DNA from: Microcoleus sp.
GTDB lineage: Bacteria > Cyanobacteriota > Cyanobacteriia > Cyanobacteriales > Microcoleaceae
NCBI GenBank assembly: GCA_052279835.1
Contig: CP181291.1
Span: 672,001 to 736,000 of the forward strand
DNA: 64,000 nt
Direction of reading: 5' to 3'
The translations under genes and the position numbers were made by a program. The notes under the pieces were generated by a model that worked only from the letters and a program-made list of their open reading frames with translations, was not told where the DNA came from and made no database searches. Shown piece after piece: positions 63,278 to 64,000 of this stretch. Position 1 is the stretch's first letter; each line of letters starts with the position of its first letter.

Positions 63278-64000
63278 ATGCCAAATTGCTTAAATCAATC
63301 CATGAATTCAAAAAAAATAGAACGAAAGGGTTTTATCACTATTTTAACTGGTTTGTATTCTTTTCAAGATTGCATTCATTTTCTGGCATCTGTCAGGAAG
63401 TTTCACCGCGAACCAATTATTGTTTTAATAGATAAAGTCCCTAGATTTTTATATCCCTTACTTCAGGTGTTTGGAAATGTGAGATTGCAGCCAGCACCGC
63501 CGAACGAAAATCCTGTTTTAGCTTCGCGGCAAGCTAAACTGAGCTTATATCAAGTATCTCCTTTTGAGAAAACTATTTATCTGGACTCCGATATTTGTTT
63601 GTTGTCGCCAATAGATGAAGTTTTTGACTATCTTGATGAGGTGGAGTTGTTGGTGACAGAAGATGTACAGCCGGCGATCGCCAAAGCTGCTAATTTATTA
63701 AGAGTCAAGCAACATATTCTCTCGACTCTGCAATCCGTAGGATTACCCCTCAACGAAAATAGCATTCAATATAATGGCGGATTTATCGCCTTTACCAACA
63801 GCAGTAAAAATCAGGAATTATTCAATTATTTTAAGAAATATTTCAATTTGGTAACTACCAATCAAGATGTGCTACTCTTAAAAGACCAAGGCGCTTTTGC
63901 TGCTGCTATTGCCTCTGTCAAACCGAAAATGAAAACCTTGTCGCCTGTTTACAATTACTTGGACAAATGGAAAGAAGTTTATAGGATTGACGAGCCGATT
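63278..64000 (+). CDS. Putative GT-A fold glycosyltransferase (partial, runs off window)
   Basis: Not in ORF track. Open frame from the ATG at 63278 with KLSLYQVSPFEKTIYLDSDIC (DxD), YNGGFI and DQGAF. Confidence 0.7.
   Translation, partial: MPNCLNQSMNSKKIERKGFITILTGLYSFQDCIHFLASVRKFHREPIIVLIDKVPRFLYPLLQVFGNVRLQPAPPNENPVLASRQAKLSLYQVSPFEKTIYLDSDICLLSPIDEVFDYLDEVELLVTEDVQPAIAKAANLLRVKQHILSTLQSVGLPLNENSIQYNGGFIAFTNSSKNQELFNYFKKYFNLVTTNQDVLLLKDQGAFAAAIASVKPKMKTLSPVYNYLDKWKEVYRIDEPI

Overview
This is a cyanobacterial chromosomal segment. The abundant GCGATCGC (HIP1) octamers, heptameric tandem repeats and 'gaaaccgggtttc' repeats suggest a Microcoleus/Oscillatoriales-like genome, though that is an inference. 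Most genes are housekeeping: frr, pyrH, msrB, lptA/lptB/lptF-G, pgl, pheA, msrP, miaA, gyrB, ho1, mfd, birA, dnaB, rplI, gloB and galE. Signalling genes include a knotless phytochrome/CBCR kinase, three FHA genes and a kinase-WD40 protein; metal-uptake genes include FTR1, a ferritin-like gene and cbiMQO. Main findings: (1) a tightly coupled six-gene operon (39493-46102) of NodU-type carbamoyltransferase, SxtJ-like, an unannotated 54-aa SxtK-like protein ending in a DltX-like FIYxxF motif, and three membrane-anchored SGNH proteins, proposed as an MBOAT-free carbamoyl relay for envelope polymers; (2) a 551-aa LAGLIDADG+HTH intein in the GyrB TOPRIM motif; (3) several IS200/IS605 (IscB/TnpB omegaRNA) relics, including an ORF-less mini-element; (4) a 50-bp perfect palindrome between two face-to-face sigma70-like promoters; (5) dispersed repeats inserted in-frame into mfd; (6) a mosaic Uma2 tandem pair. 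No rRNA, tRNA or CRISPR array was recognised. All calls come from reading motifs by eye; no database search was run.
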